Shown in pieces: positions 37,657-53,089 of a DNA stretch of 64,000 nucleotides. Position numbers and translations under genes: made by a program. The first letter of the stretch is position 1, and every line of letters starts with the position of its first letter. This DNA is from an uncultured bacterium. GTDB lineage: Bacteria > Patescibacteriota > Minisyncoccia > Phycocordibacterales > PALSA-1337. The stretch spans positions 298,405 to 362,404 of the forward strand of contig OY969557.1 in assembly GCA_963701025.1 (NCBI GenBank). Reading direction: 5' to 3'. A model generated the notes under the pieces. The model did no database searches, was not told the DNA's origin, and saw nothing but the letters and a program-made list of their open reading frames with translations.

Positions 37657-40597
37657 CTATCTCCTTAAGCCCACACCATTCACAAGATGGGTCAGCGCAT
37701 CGCGCCGTGGCGATGACGCCGCTCCAAACGCTGTCTATGACGCTTTGGATCTGCTTCTTCACGGATGCGATGTCGTCGGCTGTTATCGGTAGGGTGACGA
37801 TCGGACATCTTCCCTTATCGTCCGGAGAGACGAATACCAGCGACGGCGCGATCTTTCTCTGCCTCCAGCGCGGCTCGTCGGCGAGCAAAAGCTTATAGAA
37901 TACCAGCTGGCGGAAATAATCGCCGGTCGAGCCCTTGGTCAAGCCTTTTATGGCGTTGACCGACATGGCTTGGCGGGTCTTATAATCGAAGACGTCCACT
38001 TCTTGGCCAGACTCGACAATGGCATCCAGCTTTCCATGGATCGGCATAGCTACCCTTTCACCTTTGTATGAATACTCAAACATGGATTTGACCCAGCACT
38101 CGGTGAATATAGGACCTTTGGCGTTGAAATGCGGCTCTAGAGCCTTGGCTACGGCCTGCGCATCGCTGAATAGCTCTGTTTTGACCGCTTCTTTCTCATT
38201 CATGGGCAAAAAGGATGCGCTCAAATATGCCGCTATTGCTTCTTCAATCGTTTTTTGTATGCTATCAGCGGTCCTATTCTCTTCTTTCCAAACACTGGAA
38301 ATAGCTTCGTGCATAGCCGTGCCTTTCTCGGCCGCAGGCGACGGTGCTTGCGGCAATTTCAGGATGCTTAGATACAGGAATTTGTTCGGACACTCAAGGA
38401 AGTGATTCAGGGCCGTGACAGAGAGGCCGCTGTCGAGCAAGACTTCTTTGGCAAGACCGATCATCTTGGCAGAATGAACATCTGTTAGAACGCTGCGAGC
38501 ACCGCGCGCATCTAAAGGGAGTCGGGGCAATTCGACTTCAGCGCGGGGCAGTTCAACGGGTGCGACGCTCTCTGGATCCAGCTCGGTGATGAAGCGAAGC
38601 GGCGTCAAAGCTTTGCCATCTGACTCTTCCGAGGCTGACAGGATGACAACATGCTTCTTGGCCCTTGTCAGAGCGACGTAAAAGAGCCGGCGTACATCAC
38701 GGATGTCGTGATCATCAGCCTTCTTCCGCGGCAGGACGAACGATGATCCCCTCGGCCGGCCGATCCAGGCTTCTTCCGTGGCATAGGGCATGAATACATA
38801 GTCGAACTCGAGGCCCTTTGAACCATGCGCCGTCATGGCTTGTATGGGTAGATCCGGAGCGCCGACGGAGACTTTGACCGTTTTGGAGTCGGCCGATAAT
38901 CTGTACGCGAGCAGAGATTTCATCAATTCAGCCGGGCTTTGGATATTCCCTTCTCTAGCCAAGGATTCCGCTAAAGCGACTATGCCTCTCCAAACATGGA
39001 TATAAGCCGGATCTTGAGCGACCAGGCCGATGAAACCCGATGCTTCCGCGGCGTGGACGAGGAAGCCGACGGTCCCGTCATTTAAGACCTTCCTTTGAAT
39101 GTGGACGAGGGCAGGCATCGTCTTCTCCAGATCAGCCGTCTGGCCGCTTCGCAAGCTTCTGATGAGCCTCACCGACTCTCCAAACGGCAGACCCCACATG
39201 CCAGCCGCCAAAGTCCTAGCCAAAGCCTCGTTCTTTGACGGGTCGGCCAGATATTCGATCAGGTCAAAAAATATGGCGCCTATCGGATGATGGAATATAT
39301 CGACGCTCCTTTCCGATGAGACCGGTATATGGTTCGACTCTAACAATCTAATGACCCGCTCCACATCTCGATTCCTACGGGTGATGATGGCCACGGTCGA
39401 TCTCTGTCCTGACCTATCATTATGTTCGATGATCGATCTCAATTCGCCGATAAGATACTCCTCGATTGCCGCCGCGTTCTCACCTATAACCACGTCAATG
39501 GGCCTGGTCTTTTCCTTTGCGCTGGATTTCAGCTCGATGCGGAGCTCTTTGTGCTCGTCGTTCTCGTAATTGTTCTCGATCATGGCGAAGCTGGCATCAA
39601 GTATGCCCTGGTGCGAGCGATAATTGGTGTCGAGCGAAATGACTCTCATGGCTGGCCAGCGTTTTTGCAGAAGCAGAAAATTCTCGACGGAGGCTCCTTG
39701 AAAACGATAGATGGCCTGCTTCTCGTCGCCGACAATGAAGATGTTCGGCGTCTCGAAGAATTCGGCTATGAGAGCAATGATGAAATTCTGGGCGTCATTC
39801 GTGTCCTGATGCTCGTCGACCAGAAGGTACAGGAATCTTTCTTGGACGAGGCGCAGCAGCAATTGGTCATTCCGCAAGGCCACGAGCAATTCGATGATCA
39901 GGTCATTGAAATCCATCCTCTTCCCTTCCCGTTTTCTTTTCTCATATTCAGCATAGACATCGGCGAACAAGATTGTGCGCTCACATTTTTCAATGTGTTC
40001 TTGGGCTTCAGCCTTCAACTTCCCCTTGGAAGCGCCGCGCGTCGATATCGAATCCTCGTCATCTTTAATGCGCAGGATTTCCTTAGCCGCGTGTTGGCCC
40101 ACCATGGCGGGCGTCAACGCCTCGCGCTTGGCGGCGTCTATGGCACTCATGATGGCCGGAATGTAGGCATCCGGCTTGCCCGTCGGACGTAATTGCCTGA
40201 ACTGCGCCTCAGCGAGGATGGAACGGATGAGCGACTCCTGTTCGACATCGGTCATATGCCGCAAGCCGTCAAGGTGCAGGAAATGGTTGGAGTATTCAGC
40301 TATCATGGCTGAAGCGAAGCTATGGAACGTGTGGATGGCTATGTCATGTGCGCGACTGCCTATGACTTCGCGCAGTTTGGCTCGCATGGCCTTGACCCCC
40401 GCGTCCGTATAGGTGATAGCCAGGATGCCGTGGGCCGGCGTGTCCGTCAGCTTCAGGATATTGGCGATACGCAGAGTCAGTATGGTCGTCTTGCCGGTGC
40501 CCGGGCCGGCGATGACCATGACCGGGCCTTCTATGGCATCAACCGCTTCGCGCTGTGCGGGGTTAAGTTTTGCATATCGCTCGTCAAAAGATGACAT
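37640..40597 (-). CDS. UvrD/PcrA-family SF1 helicase fused to a C-terminal RecB-like (Cas4/AddB-type, Fe-S) nuclease domain
   Basis: At 985 aa it has Walker A AGPGTGKTT, helicase motifs through VI, and a C-terminal cluster C...C(x5)CxxC (HFLECPNKF...CADPSCEWCG) typical of iron-sulfur PD-(D/E)xK nucleases. Confidence 0.8.
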   Translation of the reverse strand: MSSFDERYAKLNPAQREAVDAIEGPVMVIAGPGTGKTTILTLRIANILKLTDTPAHGILAITYTDAGVKAMRAKLREVIGSRAHDIAIHTFHSFASAMIAEYSNHFLHLDGLRHMTDVEQESLIRSILAEAQFRQLRPTGKPDAYIPAIMSAIDAAKREALTPAMVGQHAAKEILRIKDDEDSISTRGASKGKLKAEAQEHIEKCERTILFADVYAEYEKRKREGKRMDFNDLIIELLVALRNDQLLLRLVQERFLYLLVDEHQDTNDAQNFIIALIAEFFETPNIFIVGDEKQAIYRFQGASVENFLLLQKRWPAMRVISLDTNYRSHQGILDASFAMIENNYENDEHKELRIELKSSAKEKTRPIDVVIGENAAAIEEYLIGELRSIIEHNDRSGQRSTVAIITRRNRDVERVIRLLESNHIPVSSERSVDIFHHPIGAIFFDLIEYLADPSKNEALARTLAAGMWGLPFGESVRLIRSLRSGQTADLEKTMPALVHIQRKVLNDGTVGFLVHAAEASGFIGLVAQDPAYIHVWRGIVALAESLAREGNIQSPAELMKSLLAYRLSADSKTVKVSVGAPDLPIQAMTAHGSKGLEFDYVFMPYATEEAWIGRPRGSSFVLPRKKADDHDIRDVRRLFYVALTRAKKHVVILSASEESDGKALTPLRFITELDPESVAPVELPRAEVELPRLPLDARGARSVLTDVHSAKMIGLAKEVLLDSGLSVTALNHFLECPNKFLYLSILKLPQAPSPAAEKGTAMHEAISSVWKEENRTADSIQKTIEEAIAAYLSASFLPMNEKEAVKTELFSDAQAVAKALEPHFNAKGPIFTECWVKSMFEYSYKGERVAMPIHGKLDAIVESGQEVDVFDYKTRQAMSVNAIKGLTKGSTGDYFRQLVFYKLLLADEPRWRQRKIAPSLVFVSPDDKGRCPIVTLPITADDIASVKKQIQSVIDSVWSGVIATARCADPSCEWCGLKEIAIGSR

Positions 40598-40622
40598 GAG
40601 CGTATTGTATCACGCGGCTTTT

Positions 40623-41872
<1,250 letters not shown>

Positions 41873-41970
41873 ATGGTAGAAGAATTGGTTAGTGACTTAA
41901 CTGGATGATTGTACAGCACCTCCAAAATATGCGCAAGTGATTGGGCATAATGCCTGCTGGGAATGACCTA

Positions 41971-43830
41971 TTATTCCCTCCTCCATTTCCCTATATCCGC
42001 CTTTCGCATGGAGAGCGCCTGGCATTTCTTGGCCAATTCGGCCACAAGAGCTCCGTTACCGGTGCGTTCGGCGGCTTTGAGCTCCTGCATGGTGGCGATC
42101 AATTCTTCGCTCACCAGATCTTCCTCGAAATTGATCAGCAATTCCTTCATGTGTTTATCCCAATGCTTCTCATCGGCTCCGAAGAAGGCTTCAGCTTCAA
42201 AGAGGAGATCATCCGTCATCGCTCGGGCGCGTTCGGCACGGGCATCATATGAATGGCCCGCGGCTTTCTTTATCAGATCCTTGTATTCTTCTACCTTCGC
42301 AGATTTCTCTTTGGCCATGAGGGCGAGCAGACCGAAGAGGCGGCGCTCGATGAGGTCGATGCGCCGAGGGATCTCGCTGGTGGTGCGAGCTGAGGGTGAT
42401 TGAGAATTGGGAATTGATGATTGCGAATTTGGAGAAACGTCTTCTTTCTTGATCCTTGCAGCGACTACCTTCACATCCTGCCATACAGAATCAACCGGCA
42501 ATTTGGCCCGATCGGCGATCATGGTAACGAAGTGCGATTGGTCGCTTGAGTTTTCGATGCGGGCCAGAAGAGGCAATACTCTCTCGGTCACGGCCTTCGC
42601 GGTTTTGCGGGCATCAACAGAGCTTTTGTCGCCTCCTTTCCCTGAGGCGACATTCTTTCCGCCGCCGAATTCCCGCAGGATATTATCGAGCTCGAACTCG
42701 ATGACCGGTTTGGCCGTGCGCAGGACGTCTTTCCATTTTTTGACGTCTTCCCTGACCAGATCGGCCGGGTCCTTGCCTCCGGTGATGTCGGCCACCTTGA
42801 CGTCCATGCCCAGACTAAGGGCGATGCCGGCGGCGCGAAGAGCGGCTTTCCTACCGGCGGAGTCGGCATCGAAAGCGATAATGACATTGGGCGACAAGCG
42901 CCGGACGAGACCGAGGTTCGAGACCGCGCCGGAAGCACTGATGGTCTCGTCGGCAAGAGCCGTGCCGGAGGCGGCCACGGTGTTCCGTATGCCTGCTTGG
43001 TGCGACATGACGAGGTCCATCTGTCCTTCGACGAATATGGAATAATTGAGCCGGCGGATCTCGCTCTTGGCCTTGTCCAAACCGTAGAGAATGAGGGATT
43101 TGTCATACAAAGGCGTATCCGGGCTGTTCAGATATTTCGCCGATTTTCCGTCGTCCTTGAGGATGCGACCGGAGAAAGCCACGACGCGCCCGCTCGAATC
43201 GGTTATAGGGAATATGATCCGGCCGCGGAAACGGTCATAGAATTTCCCGTCTTCGGTTTTTTTGCCGAGACCGGCTTTTTCCATGAGCGAATCGGGGTAT
43301 TTCAGCTTACGCAAATGATCTATCAGATTTTGCCAACCCTCGGGGACCCAGCCTATCCTGAATTCTTTTCTAGTAGCGTCCGCGATGCCGCGGCTCTTCA
43401 CATATTCCCGCGCGGCTATCGAAGACGTGTCAGACGACTTTTCAAATTGCGCCTCGAAATATTTCGCCGCTTCTTCCATTATCTGATAGAGCCGGTCGCG
43501 CTCGCCGTCGGCTTTCTGATCATAGGTCAATTTCACCCCGGCTTTTTCGGCGAGGATCTTCAGGGCCCCACGGAAGTCCAATCCTTCGAACTGCTCGACG
43601 AATGAGAATATGTCGCCCTTGGCGTTACAGCCAAAGCAATAATAGCCGCCACGATCCGGCGAGACGAAAAATGACGCCGTCTTCTCGTTGTGGAACGGAC
43701 ATCTTGCCTTGAACGACTTGCCCGCCTTTTCCAGCTTGACATAGGAGCCGATGAGCTCCTCGATGGGTATGCGGGCCTTGATCTCTTCGACGGCGGTGCG
43801 GTTCATGAGGTCATTATACCCCAAAATCAT
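41971..43830 (-). CDS. dnaG: DNA primase
   Basis: It has a zinc finger CPFHNEKTASF...CFGC, a TOPRIM domain, and a C-terminal helicase-interaction region containing an Asn/Ser/Gln-rich low-complexity insert. Confidence 0.95.
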   Translation of the reverse strand: MILGYNDLMNRTAVEEIKARIPIEELIGSYVKLEKAGKSFKARCPFHNEKTASFFVSPDRGGYYCFGCNAKGDIFSFVEQFEGLDFRGALKILAEKAGVKLTYDQKADGERDRLYQIMEEAAKYFEAQFEKSSDTSSIAAREYVKSRGIADATRKEFRIGWVPEGWQNLIDHLRKLKYPDSLMEKAGLGKKTEDGKFYDRFRGRIIFPITDSSGRVVAFSGRILKDDGKSAKYLNSPDTPLYDKSLILYGLDKAKSEIRRLNYSIFVEGQMDLVMSHQAGIRNTVAASGTALADETISASGAVSNLGLVRRLSPNVIIAFDADSAGRKAALRAAGIALSLGMDVKVADITGGKDPADLVREDVKKWKDVLRTAKPVIEFELDNILREFGGGKNVASGKGGDKSSVDARKTAKAVTERVLPLLARIENSSDQSHFVTMIADRAKLPVDSVWQDVKVVAARIKKEDVSPNSQSSIPNSQSPSARTTSEIPRRIDLIERRLFGLLALMAKEKSAKVEEYKDLIKKAAGHSYDARAERARAMTDDLLFEAEAFFGADEKHWDKHMKELLINFEEDLVSEELIATMQELKAAERTGNGALVAELAKKCQALSMRKADIGKWRRE

Positions 43831-44173
43831 TTATACAGAGCCTTTATATCCTTTACAATTTCCGGAAATTTCGCGCCTATAAAATGGCCGCGATTTTTGA
43901 AGGGTACGCGCGAGCCCTTGGCAACGCCATTGCGTATTTCTTGAATTCTGCAAGATGCACGAGCTTGTCATCAGTGCTGTAATATAAATGTACCTTTTCG
44001 CCATAATCTGCAAGACGGCTCATGTTTTTAGGAAGAATAAAATCAGCAAGAGATTCCTTTGGACTTTTGCTGATTGATGAAGCTGAGACTAGGAATATAC
44101 CGACAGTTTTTTCTTATCTCATAAATCGGTCTGCCTCCGCCAATGGGCGGCCGGCGGATCTTAAATCCCTTTT

Positions 44174-47998
<3,825 letters not shown>

Positions 47999-48034
47999 GG
48001 TATTGGTAATTAATGGGCCGGTATATATTAAGTT

Positions 48035-48571
48035 TTACTGCGTAATGGTGATCGGCACCGATTGGCCGCCGTAGCCGACGATGTATGCGGTCAGGGTGTA
48101 ATTGCCGGGAGGAAGCTTGAAGACGCTCGGATAATGGACGACTTGGACTTGGCGGATATTGTGCGGCGCGACGACGATCGAAGCCGGAGCGGGCAGGCAT
48201 GAGGTGTGCGCGAGCATGTCGAAGCCGCCGATATCGTAATTACCCATGCAACCGTTCTTGAACGAGAGCGTGGTGGAAGCATTCGTCAGATTGAGGACGG
48301 TTATGGTGATGGGAATTATTTGATTCTGGCCGTAGGTCGATGTGGCAATAGTGACGGAATATGCCAAAGTGGGCTGGCCTGCTTGGACCCCGGATATGGT
48401 CGCGGTCGAAGAAGACATATTCTCCGTAGACGTCGAAACTGCATACGTGTCCGAGGAATGCATCGCACTTCCTTTGTAAAGAGACGAATGGACCAACGCG
48501 CCGACGAGCAGGATTAGGACGATAAGAGCGATGAAGGAGACCATCGGGTTCTTTTGAATGTAGTTTTTCAT
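48035..48571 (-). CDS. Hypothetical secreted/membrane-anchored beta-sandwich protein inserted between rpoB and rpoC
   Basis: At 178 aa it has an N-terminal signal-anchor followed by a Ser/Thr-rich, beta-rich domain. Its start ATG lies 5 nt after the rpoB ORF stop, on the same strand as both polymerase genes. Confidence 0.6.
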   Translation of the reverse strand: MKNYIQKNPMVSFIALIVLILLVGALVHSSLYKGSAMHSSDTYAVSTSTENMSSSTATISGVQAGQPTLAYSVTIATSTYGQNQIIPITITVLNLTNASTTLSFKNGCMGNYDIGGFDMLAHTSCLPAPASIVVAPHNIRQVQVVHYPSVFKLPPGNYTLTAYIVGYGGQSVPITITQ

Positions 48572-48575
48572 GATT

Positions 48576-51500
48576 TTATTTATTAAATCTTAAATTTATT
48601 CCTCTGTGACTACGGGTTTTTTCGCCAATTCGACGTTGAGCGACAATCCGCGCAGAGTCTTCGAGCAAGACGTTGAACGACGCAGGAAGGTTCGGCAGCT
48701 TCATGCGCTCACCTTTGACGATGGCGTCGAAAGTGGCGGAACGGCCTATGATGTCGTCTGACTTGACGGTCAGGACCTCGCGGAGAGTATGAGCGGCGCC
48801 GTGGCCGAGGAGGGCCCAGACTTCCATTTCTCCGAAGCGCTGGCCTCCGCCTTGGGCCTTGCCGCCGAGCGGCTGTTGGGTGATGAGCGAGTACGGACCG
48901 ATGGAACGCATATGTATCTTGTCTTCAACCATGTGGTGGAGCTTCAGTATGTACATATAGCCGACGGCGATGGGCTGATTGAAATAGTCTCCGGTGCGGC
49001 CGTCGCGGAGACGCATCTTACCGGAGGCGTCGTAGCCCGCCTTGACCAGCTCTTCCTTGATCTCGGCGTCGGTGGCACCCATGAACGGCGGCACGATGGC
49101 TTGATAGCCGAGGGACATGGCGGCTAGGCCGAGGTGAAGCTCGAGGATCTGGCCGAGGTTCATGCGGGACGGCACGCCAAGCGGAGTCAGGATAACGTCG
49201 ATCGGAGTGCCGTCGTCCATGTACGGCATGTCTTCCTCGGGAAGGATCTTGGAAATGACGCCCTTGTTGCCGTGACGTCCGGCCATCTTGTCGCCGACGG
49301 AGACGTTACGGACCTGGGCGACCTCGATGTAGATCTTCTTGATGATGCCGGATTCGAGCTTGTCGCCTTTCTCGCGCGAGAATATCTTTACGGAAATGAT
49401 GCGGCCGCGCTTGCCGTTCTCCATGCGCTTGGACGTATCCTTCACGTCGCGGGCCTTTTCTCCGAAAATGGAACGGAGAAGCGCTTCTTCCGGAGTCAGC
49501 TGGGTCTCGCCTTTTGGCGAAATCTTGCCGACAAGGATATCGCCAGGCCTGACTTCGGCACCGATCCTGACGATCCCTTCCTCGGTCAGATTCTTGAGCT
49601 TGGCTTCGCCGACGTTCGGGATATCGCAAGTGGTGACTTCAGGACCGAGCTTGGTGTCGCGGACATTGACCACGAATTCTTCTATGTGGATCGAGCTCCA
49701 CTTGGCATTCTTGACCACGCGCTCGGACAAGATGATGGCGTCCTCGTAGTTCGAACCGGACCAGGACATGAATGCGACGAGAGCGTTATGGCCGAGGGCG
49801 ATCTCCCCTTTGTCGGAGGTCGACGTATCGGCCAGGATATCGCCTTTCTTGACCTTGTCGCCGATGGAGACGATCGGACGCTGATGGAAGGCGGTGAAGC
49901 CGTTGGTGCGGGAGAAGAGGACTAGATTGTATTCGTGGCTCTTGCCCGTCTTTTTCGACTTGAAGACGATCTTCTTGGCGTCAACGTGGGTTATCTCGCC
50001 GTCCTCTTTCGCAACGATGATGCGTCCGGTGTCTATGACGGCTTTTGCTTCCATGCCGGTGGCCACGACCGGGGCTTCGGGGATCAGGCATGGCGTGGCT
50101 TGTTTTTGCATGTTCGATCCCATCAAAGCGCGGTTGGCGTCGTCATGGTTCAGGAACGGGATGAGCGAAGTGGCGATGGAAAATGCCTGGTTGGTTGCGA
50201 CATCGATATAGTCGACGTCCGCGGGTTTAGCCAATGCCGGACTGCCGTTGATGCGCACTTCGACTTCGTCCTCGAGGATCTTGCCATCGGGACCGAAAGC
50301 CGTGGCGGCGTGGGCGATGCGGAAGTTCTCTTCTTCAAGGGCATTCATGTACACGATCTCCTTCTGGATGACGCCGTCCCTTGACCTTGGCATACGGCGT
50401 CTCGATCATGCCGAAATCGTTGATGCGAGCATAGGCGGTCAGACGGAGGACCAGACCGATGTTCGGGCCTTCCGGCGTATGGATGGGACAGAGGCGGCCG
50501 TAGTGCGACGGGTGGACGTCGCGGACTTCGAAGCCGGCGCGCTCGCGCGAGAGGCCGCCGGGGCCGAGAGCGGTCAGTGTGCGCAGATGCTCGATCTCGC
50601 CCAAGACGTTCTCCTGTTGCATGAATTGCGAGAGCTGGTTGGTGGTGAAAAATTCTTTGATACGGGCCTGTAGAGGACGCGGATATATGAATGAGACGGG
50701 CAAAGTGACGTCCGGTTCGACGGTGGACATCTTGTCCTGGATGTTCCGCTTCATCTGTGTCAGGCCCAGACGGATCCTCTGCTCCAGAAGCTCGCCCACG
50801 TAACGGACGCGGCGGCTTCCGAGATGGTCGATATCGTCCGGAGCCATGTCCGGGGTGGTCGAGAGCATGACGATGTGATTCACCGTGGTGGCGATATCAT
50901 CGAGCGTTATCGTCCTGCTTGTCGAGGTCTTTTTCCGTCCATTGACTTGTTGAAGCGCTTGTTGAAGCGGAAGCGGCCGACGCGGGAAATGTCGTAGCGG
51001 TCGGCTTTCAATATGCCTGAAATGAACGAACGGGCGTTCTCGGCCGTGGCCAAGTCGCCGTCGCGCAGGCGCTTGTGGATCTCCATGTAGGCGTCGTCCA
51101 CGGTCTTGGCGTGATCTTTGGCCAAAGTGAGCTCGATGATTTTCTTCGCTTCGGCGTTCCCCTTGAAGAGTTCGAGGATCTTCTCATTTGTGTCGGCGCC
51201 CAGGACGCGCAGGAGCGAGGTTATGGGGAATTTCCTCTTGCGGTCGATGCGGCAATAGATCGTGCCGTCGGTGTCCGTCTCGATCTCCATCCAAACGCCG
51301 CGGGCCGGTATGATCTTCGCGCCGAAGTAGTTCTTGCCTTTGACCTCGTTCCCCGTGAAGAATATGCCGAAAGAGCGGGCGAGCTGTGGCGCGATGACGC
51401 GCTCGACGCCGTTGATGATGAAGGTGCCGTGATCCGTCATGAGCGGGAAATCCGCCAGGAACATTTCCTGCTCTTTGATCACGTTCAAGGATTTGTTCTT

Positions 51501-51788
51501 GAGGGTGACTTTGACTTTGAGCTGGCCTTCGTAGTTGAGTTTCTTGTCCTTGGCGTAATGCTCGTCGTATTTAGGCCTGACGAGCTCGAGCCCTCCGATC
51601 GAGAGTTCGAATTTCTTGCCGGCATAGTCCATGATCGGCGAGAACTCCTTGAGCAGGTTCGAGAAGCCGTGCTCCAGGACCCAGGCGAACGAGGTCAGTT
51701 GCGACTCCACCAGGTTCGGCATCTCCGCGAGCGGGGCCTGATAGCGCGAGAAATATTTCTTCGGACGAGCCGGGGCGGATGTGATCAT
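48576..51788 (-). CDS. rpoB: DNA-directed RNA polymerase subunit beta, currently split into three ORFs plus a shifted C-terminal tail by single-nt indels
   Basis: ORFs 50907-51788, 50335-50883 and 48576-50393 are contiguous RpoB segments. Junction 1 lies near 50930-50934 (a T5 run; one extra T restores ...[21 protein letters not shown]...DDIDHLG). Junction 2 lies near 50378-50380 (CCC; removing one C restores [20 protein letters not shown]). A third shift near 48660-48665 restores the canonical C-terminus ...[19 protein letters not shown], giving a true stop at about 48596. Confidence 0.9.
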
Positions 51789-52032
51789 GTTTTTAATATT
51801 AAATAGTAAACAGACGCAAAAATGGCCGTTATGATAACGGTTCTATTGATTTTAGGCCGATTAGGCTGATATGGACACTGGGTAGGAGTGATTGTGGGCC
51901 CTTTCTAATCCTCCGCTAAGGCAGAACTCAATCTGCGAAGTTGGGGCTACCTTATCAGATGGGTGTCTGGGAGTCAAGTTGACAAAATAATATGGATATG
52001 CTAATATTTCGGCGAACTACGAAAGGAGCACT

Positions 52033-52443
52033 ATGAAAGAATATGTCATGTATGTTTATGGCTTTACGGTCACTCGCGGTATGCTTGATGAACTTGGGCA
52101 TGCAAATTACAACAAGATCAAAGAACATCTTGAGATTGCGCGGCACAGGCTTTGCAAGTTCCTGGGTTTTGGGCGGAAAACCCTACGCAAACGACTTGGT
52201 CTCGGATTGTTCATGTTACAGGACGCTTACAAGTATCATGAACAATTAAAGGAAGGGGACGTGTTGTTTACGCTGGCGCAAATCGCTATTGACGGACGGA
52301 CAAGTAGGATCCTCAATCAGTTTCTCAATTTCCTCCCAATCCTGCCTGAAAGCTTCAGCGACAATTTTAGGATCGGAAGACTTTGTACGCTCATACCATT
52401 TAAGAGCATCTTGGGAACGTCTTTCTTCGGCTGGATCCTTTAA
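52033..52443 (+). CDS. Putative hotdog-fold acyl-CoA thioesterase (4HBT/YbgC-like)
   Basis: The N-terminal 80 aa (YVMYVYGFTVTRGMLDELGHANYNKIKEHLEIARHRL...GLGLFMLQDAYKYHEQLKEGDVLFT) fit the 4HBT pattern. The C-terminal third is less convincing and is overlapped by a protein-like antisense ORF (52246-52512). Confidence 0.45.
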   Translation: MKEYVMYVYGFTVTRGMLDELGHANYNKIKEHLEIARHRLCKFLGFGRKTLRKRLGLGLFMLQDAYKYHEQLKEGDVLFTLAQIAIDGRTSRILNQFLNFLPILPESFSDNFRIGRLCTLIPFKSILGTSFFGWIL

Positions 52444-52518
52444 GGCTTGTCTAATAGCCATAGTTCTCCAAAAAGTATTGCCTGACTCTACTGGTTTCTT
52501 GTCTTTGGTCATAAGAGA

Positions 52519-52920
52519 TTATCTTTTTAAATCATTAATCATTCCGACGAGCTCATTGTGGTTTCTGTCTATCTTCTCATCAAGAGATTTCATACTATCA
52601 AAAACAATCGCCAGATTGTCTTTGAAACCATCTCTAAGTAAAGTGTTATGACGAGGTACTTCTTCCCTAAAGTCAGCGAGGCTTCTAGTCAACGCATCGA
52701 GGCGTTTATCAACACCGTCGAATCTTTTATCTATGCCGTCGAAACGGACAGTAGTCTCCGAACGAAATGATTGCATGTCTTCTTTGAAGATATGCATCTC
52801 CTCTTTGAAATCACCGAAGTCGAAGCGAAAATTACGCATCTCACCCCTGAATTCGTTGAAATCATTCAACGTCACATATTCTGGCATTGAAAATGGGCTC
52901 TTGATCATAATAGACATCAA
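52519..52920 (-). CDS. Hypothetical protein with Phe/Arg/Glu-rich short repeats
   Basis: At 133 aa it contains repeated F-R/K-x-E-M units (EFRGEMRNFRFDFGDFKEEMHIFKEDMQSFRSE) and an RFDGIDKRFDGVDKRLD repeat. The gene is AT-rich and has no known family. Confidence 0.4.
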   Translation of the reverse strand: MMSIMIKSPFSMPEYVTLNDFNEFRGEMRNFRFDFGDFKEEMHIFKEDMQSFRSETTVRFDGIDKRFDGVDKRLDALTRSLADFREEVPRHNTLLRDGFKDNLAIVFDSMKSLDEKIDRNHNELVGMINDLKR

Positions 52921-53089
52921 TAATTAATTGCATTATCTGATAAAACCAGCCCCCAAGAATGTACCAGCCTCCAAGAATACGTTTAGACTAACTTGATAGC
53001 TTGATTTTATCAGAACAAAAAAGCCTCGCGCAAGCTCACACGCGCGAGAAAATGTGTCGGAATTATTTTGCCCCTTTTAAATCGGATTT

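Noticed and set aside
50335-50883. Calling a separate 182-aa gene between two rpoB pieces
   Set aside because: It is the middle segment of rpoB (DDIDHLG ... PEGPNIGL), joined to its neighbours by single-nt frameshifts.
52246-52512. 88-aa minus ORF (MTKDKKPVESGNTFWRTMAIRQALKDPAEERR...)
   Set aside because: It is not fully rejected. It is protein-like but overlaps the thioesterase-like plus ORF, and only one can be real. It is left out of the feature list pending evidence.
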